A stretch of DNA of 64,000 nt from Marinilabiliaceae bacterium (GTDB lineage: Bacteria > Bacteroidota > Bacteroidia > Bacteroidales > Marinilabiliaceae), in contig JBJEGU010000047.1 in the NCBI GenBank assembly GCA_051875415.1, positions 48,689-112,688 of the forward strand. The letters run 5' to 3'. Shown here in pieces: positions 58,119 through 64,000 of this stretch. Every line of letters starts with the position of its first letter. The first letter of the stretch is position 1. The position numbers were made by a program, and so were the translations under genes. The notes below the pieces were generated by a model that was not told the DNA's origin, made no database searches, and was given only the letters and a program-made list of their open reading frames with translations.

Positions 58119-58718
58119 ATGAGTGTTGCTGTAGTGAAATATAACGCCGGGAACATCCGCTCGGTGATGAATGCCCTGGGCCGGATAGGTGTCGATGCCG
58201 TGCTTACCGACAACCCTGACGAGCTGAGGGCTGCCGATAAGGTGATTTTCCCCGGCCAGGGCGAGGCGTCGACCACGATGGCGCACCTCCGCTCCACGGG
58301 ACTCGACAAGGTCATCATGTCGCTCCGTCAGCCCGTCCTGGGGATATGCGTGGGCATGCAGCTCCTGTGCAGCCACTCTGAGGAGGGCGACGTCGATTGC
58401 CTTGGCGTGTTCGACGTGCCAGTGCGCCGCTTTCCCATCCCCGTCCCTAACCCTCTGAACCTCAAAGTCCCTCAGATGGGCTGGAACGAGATATACGACG
58501 TGCGGTCGCCCCTCTTCACTCCGAGCGAGGAGCGGGCCTACGTCTACTGCATCCACAGTTACTACGTCCCCGTATGTCAATATACCGTCGCGACGAGCCG
58601 TCATACCGTCGAATATAGCAATGCGCTTCGCAAGGATAACTTCTTCGCAACCCAATTTCACCCCGAGAAGAGTGGTGAGGTGGGCGAACGCATCCTGAAG
58701 AACTTCCTCGCCCTCTGA
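58119..58718 (+). CDS. hisH: imidazole glycerol phosphate synthase, glutamine amidotransferase subunit
   Basis: I chose the ATG at aa 4 of the track ORF. Motifs include NAGNIRSV, PGQGEA, the catalytic Cys in LGICVGMQLL, and QFHPEKSG. Confidence 0.9.
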   Translation: MSVAVVKYNAGNIRSVMNALGRIGVDAVLTDNPDELRAADKVIFPGQGEASTTMAHLRSTGLDKVIMSLRQPVLGICVGMQLLCSHSEEGDVDCLGVFDVPVRRFPIPVPNPLNLKVPQMGWNEIYDVRSPLFTPSEERAYVYCIHSYYVPVCQYTVATSRHTVEYSNALRKDNFFATQFHPEKSGEVGERILKNFLAL

Positions 58719-58743
58719 TTCCGCGTTGCGGTCCCGGCATAAA

Positions 58744-58784
58744 GAATCCCCCTCCCGAAGCCGTCCTTCGAGAGGGGGATTTTC
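58744..58784. terminator. bidirectional terminator between hisH and hppA
   Basis: AATCCCCCTC...GAGGGGGATT followed by TTCC/T-rich sequence. Confidence 0.6.
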
Positions 58785-58805
58785 CGTTTCCGCGGTGCCG
58801 ACCCG

Positions 58806-61082
<2,277 letters not shown>

Positions 61083-61349
61083 CGTGGTTCGTTTTTATGG
61101 TTAATAGTCGCGCCCCTCAGGTAGGGTGGGGCTTTGTGAATTTGAGTTAAGGCAGACAAACTAATGCGCGAGGGACGAAGGTCTTCACCCTGTCGCTATA
61201 CAGTTGTCACACACCTAATTATAGATTGAATGCCCTATGTTGAAAAATGGGTTGTTTGTAAAGATATGCAAATGAAAGTTATTTTACAAATCTTTTCAAG
61301 GGCTAAGGCTTAACTTTACCCCGCTTTTGGTGCGGGCGGCCGTCGTCCT

Positions 61350-61610
61350 CTTGCGGACGGTGGTCGCACGATTAAAAGGGAACCGGGTGAGAATCCCGGA
61401 CTGTCCCGCAGCTGTGTGCCAATAGCCGCCGCCCGCATAGGGTCCCGCGACTCAGTCTTGTAAGGACGGGTGTCGGGACGAAAAATGGGCGGGGCTGCGC
61501 CACGGGCAAGATGCCATTGCCGCGCGGCGGGGGTCGAGTGTCTCGGCCTCCGCGGGCGGGTGAGAAGGCGCCCGGGGTGACGATTGGCGAGCCAGAAGAC
61601 CTGCCAAGGC
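61350..61610 (+). promoter_or_regulatory. cobalamin (AdoCbl-type) riboswitch aptamer
   Basis: Core AAAAGGGAACCGGGTGAGAATCCCGGACTGTCCCGCAGCTGT, a B12-box-like GCCACGGG, and the 3' element AGCCAGAAGACCTGCC, all on the + strand upstream of a lipoprotein and TonB-receptor pair. Confidence 0.85.
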
Positions 61611-61804
61611 GTTTTCTTGTCCCGAGCCTGCCGAGGAGGGTGGGGGAGCGGTGTCCGCTTCCTCGCCCGTGCGGCGCGCCGAGAGTGGGCATGGCTTTCG
61701 CCCCGCGGATTGGGCGGCCTTGCCGTGGTTCTTCCTCTCGCCCTCCGTGGCGGGTGGGGGTTGCTCTTTGCGACGCACGTTATTATTCAGCATAACAACC
61801 CCTT

Positions 61805-61859
61805 GAGGCAGGCGCGTTTCGACCAGCGGATCGGCTGGCGGCGCGTCTGCCTCTTTTTT
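61805..61859 (+). terminator. intrinsic terminator (likely riboswitch expression platform)
   Basis: GAGGCAGGCGCG (61805-61816) pairs with CGCGTCTGCCTC (61842-61853), followed by TTTTTT, 22 nt before the lipoprotein ATG. Confidence 0.7.
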
Positions 61860-61880
61860 CTGTAATAACCAATTTACCTT

Positions 61881-62642
61881 ATGAAAAAGAGTACGCTCTT
61901 TGCCCTCGGCCTCTGCGCCGTGCCGTTTTTCTTCGCATCGTGTAGCGACGACGATGACGACGATCCCGAATACACCGACCTCGTGAACTTTGAGTATGTC
62001 GGGCTCGGCCAGTCGCAATACAACGACACGTCGGCCTACGTCTACGCCGACATCCTCGTCTTTGACAACAACCATGCCTCGTGGGGCAGCTACTTCGGCG
62101 TCAGCGCCAAGACCGACACCACGACGGCCGGCTACCTTAACGACGCCAGCATCTTCGGCAATGGCGGCAACGCCGGCTCGGCCAACTTCGCCTACTGCTA
62201 CTACTCCGAGTACTCTGGCGTGGCCCCGACCATCAAGGTCAAGGAGGGCAATGCCGCCGGCGTGGCAACCATAGTGCCAAACCGCGTATATATGGCCCTC
62301 ACGACCTACACCGCCCTCGCCCTCCGCGACGGTAACGACGGCGGAGCATACGGCGACGCCGTCAAGCTCAAGAAGGACGGCTACTTCTCCGTCACCTTCA
62401 CGGGCTACAACGGCGATAAGCAGACAGGCACCGTGACAGTTTACCCTGGCGACTACCGCGGCGCAAACCTCTACCTCATGACCTCCTGGACGCCCGTCGA
62501 CCTCTCCTTCCTTGGCGAGGTGACAAGCATCGGCATGACCATCGGCGGCAGCGAGGACCTCTATGGTCAGTACGGGTTCAACGCCCCCGCCTATATCGCC
62601 ATCGACGACTTCTCTTTCACCCGCAAGAAGGCTGACAAATAA
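61881..62642 (+). CDS. surface lipoprotein of the B12-regulated locus (DUF4465-like by recollection)
   Basis: Lipobox FFFASC followed by a poly-Asp linker (SDDDDDD). 253 aa. Directly downstream of the cobalamin riboswitch and upstream of the TonB-dependent receptor. Confidence 0.6.
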   Translation: MKKSTLFALGLCAVPFFFASCSDDDDDDPEYTDLVNFEYVGLGQSQYNDTSAYVYADILVFDNNHASWGSYFGVSAKTDTTTAGYLNDASIFGNGGNAGSANFAYCYYSEYSGVAPTIKVKEGNAAGVATIVPNRVYMALTTYTALALRDGNDGGAYGDAVKLKKDGYFSVTFTGYNGDKQTGTVTVYPGDYRGANLYLMTSWTPVDLSFLGEVTSIGMTIGGSEDLYGQYGFNAPAYIAIDDFSFTRKKADK

Positions 62643-62718
62643 GCCCCGCCCATAGCAGAAGGCATTGGAAAGCAAGTCATTATCAAGCGCAGGCCTGTCT
62701 CTGTCGCCCCTTGTGGCG

Positions 62719-64000
62719 ATGGGCGCGGCCTGCGCTCTTTTTGTCTCTCCAGCCGCCGCGCTGGCTCAGGTGGCGATGGAGGATTCGGTCTTCAGCCTGG
62801 CCGAGGTGACGGTGGCCGCTCGCTCGTTCCGCGAGGTCATCCCGAGCCAGAAGCTTCAGGGCGAGGAGCTTAGGCGTCTGGGCAGCCACTCCGTGGCCGA
62901 CGCCATGCGCCTTTTCGCGGGCGTCCAGGTGAAGGACTATGGCGGCGTTGGCGGAATAAAGACCATCAACATCCGCTCCATGGGCTCCAACCACGTCGGG
63001 GTGTTCTACGACGGTGTGGAGCTGAGCAACGCCCAGAACGGGCAGGTCGACCTCGGGATGTTCAGCCTCGACAATATCGAGGCCCTCACGCTCCACAATG
63101 GCCAGCGGAGCGAGATTTTCCAGAGCGCGCGCGACTTCAACACCGCCGGCACGGTCTACCTCTGGACGCGCCGCCCACGTTTCGCCGAGGGGCGCGACCT
63201 TAACGTCTCCGCCACTCTCAAGACGGGATCATTCGACCTCGTCAACCCGTCCGCCACCGCCGACGTCCGGCTCACACGCCGCACGTCGCTCACCTTCTCG
63301 GCCGAGAGGCTCCGCAGCAGCGGCGAATACACCTTCCGCTACCGGAGGCAGAACCCGCTCACTGGCGCCATTGTCTACGACACGACGGCGTGCCGCCACA
63401 ATGGCGACATAACGGCCACGCGAGTCGAGGCCGCCCTCTTCACCTCCCTGCCCAAGGCCGAGCTCTACTTCAAGGCCTACGCCTACACTTCGGAGCGCGG
63501 CGTGCCGGGCGCCATTGTCAACAACGTGTGGAGGCGCGGCGAGCGCATTGGCGACAACAACAGTTTCGCCCAGGGCACGCTCACGCTCACGCCCGGCGGC
63601 CCCTACCGCCTCAAGGCCCTCGCCAAGTGGGCCATGTATCGCACCCACTATCAGAACAACGACACGAGCCTCATAAGGATAGACAACCACTATGAGCAGC
63701 GCGAGGCCTACGTCAGCACGGCCCATCTCGTCTCTCTCAACAAGATTTGGGACGTGTGCCTCTCGCTCGACGCCTCGTGGAACGACATGACGGCCGACCT
63801 CTACAACTTCGCCGAGCCGACGCGCTGGACCCTCATGGCGTCGTTGGCATCGAGCCTCGCGGCGGGCGGATTCAAGGCGCAGGCGAGCGTCGTCGGCACG
63901 CTTGTCGACGAGAGGGCCGCCAACATTGCCAACCCGCCCGGCAAGAGGGTCTGGACGCCCGCCCTCTTCCTCTCCTACCGCCCGGCCTCCGCCCCCCTCT
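62719..64000 (+). CDS. btuB: TonB-dependent receptor (BtuB-like), 3' end cut by window edge
   Basis: This frame is absent from the ORF track because it has no stop inside the window. I translated it by eye as MGAACALFVSPAAALAQVAMEDSVFSLAEVTV...GSHSVADAMRLFAGVQVKDYGGVGGIKTINIRSMGSNHVGVFYDGVELSNAQNGQVDLGMFSLDNIEALTL, which is a plug domain. The start could also be GTG 62713 or TTG 62665. Confidence 0.8.
   Translation, partial: MGAACALFVSPAAALAQVAMEDSVFSLAEVTVAARSFREVIPSQKLQGEELRRLGSHSVADAMRLFAGVQVKDYGGVGGIKTINIRSMGSNHVGVFYDGVELSNAQNGQVDLGMFSLDNIEALTLHNGQRSEIFQSARDFNTAGTVYLWTRRPRFAEGRDLNVSATLKTGSFDLVNPSATADVRLTRRTSLTFSAERLRSSGEYTFRYRRQNPLTGAIVYDTTACRHNGDITATRVEAALFTSLPKAELYFKAYAYTSERGVPGAIVNNVWRRGERIGDNNSFAQGTLTLTPGGPYRLKALAKWAMYRTHYQNNDTSLIRIDNHYEQREAYVSTAHLVSLNKIWDVCLSLDASWNDMTADLYNFAEPTRWTLMASLASSLAAGGFKAQASVVGTLVDERAANIANPPGKRVWTPALFLSYRPASAPL

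Noticed and set aside
61255-61300. Inverted repeat TTGTAAA-N19-TTTACAA in the hppA/riboswitch divergent region as a regulator binding site
   Set aside because: It is AT-rich promoter DNA. On the minus strand it also reads as TTTG-N20-TATCTTTA, a plausible hppA promoter. There is not enough evidence to call an operator.
61452-62675. 407-aa minus-strand ORF spanning the riboswitch platform and the lipoprotein gene
   Set aside because: It is antisense to a cobalamin riboswitch, a terminator and a lipoprotein gene with a clean lipobox. It has no motifs and is a shadow ORF. The same applies to 62683-63096 (-), which is antisense to the TonB-receptor plug.

Overview
About 60% GC chromosomal segment that reads as Bacteroidota, probably Bacteroidales. 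Supporting signs are the porU-porV-gldJ type IX secretion (T9SS) genes, a cargo protein with a T9SS C-terminal sorting domain, TTTG-N19-TAnnTTTG promoter matches, A-rich rather than Shine-Dalgarno start contexts, and an argR-GNAT-argG-argC-argD cluster. The content is overwhelmingly housekeeping: ugd (partial), metH, a tRNA-CAU, rplM-rpsI-rpsB-tsf, metF, hisGDCB-birA, coaD, the arginine genes, pdxJ, ispF, rpmE, mtaB, lysC, lysA, nadB, two OmpA-family proteins, hisH, a membrane pyrophosphatase, and a cobalamin-riboswitch-controlled lipoprotein plus TonB-dependent receptor (cut by the window end). I saw no integrase, transposase, CRISPR array, phage gene or recognisable defence system, so I cannot honestly name one clear novel system. 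The items most worth a second look are listed here. (1) A translationally coupled ArnT-like GT-C membrane glycosyltransferase plus a SAM-methyltransferase::GT2 fusion. (2) A lower-GC islet encoding a DUF4236 / FtsK-gamma-like wHTH / tail-anchored protein. (3) A complete His-codon leader-peptide attenuator in front of hisG. (4) An orphan FabG-ACP-hotdog module with no ketosynthase, next to a LolD-like ATPase. (5) A small secreted protein made of YD-type repeats. (6) A truncated class-V aminotransferase-like protein that appears to lack the Schiff-base lysine. Because of the high GC, the ORF track holds many long antisense shadow ORFs and 5'-extended ORFs. I rejected the former and trimmed the latter. 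Coordinates of RNA and hairpin features were counted by eye and may be off by 1-2 nt.
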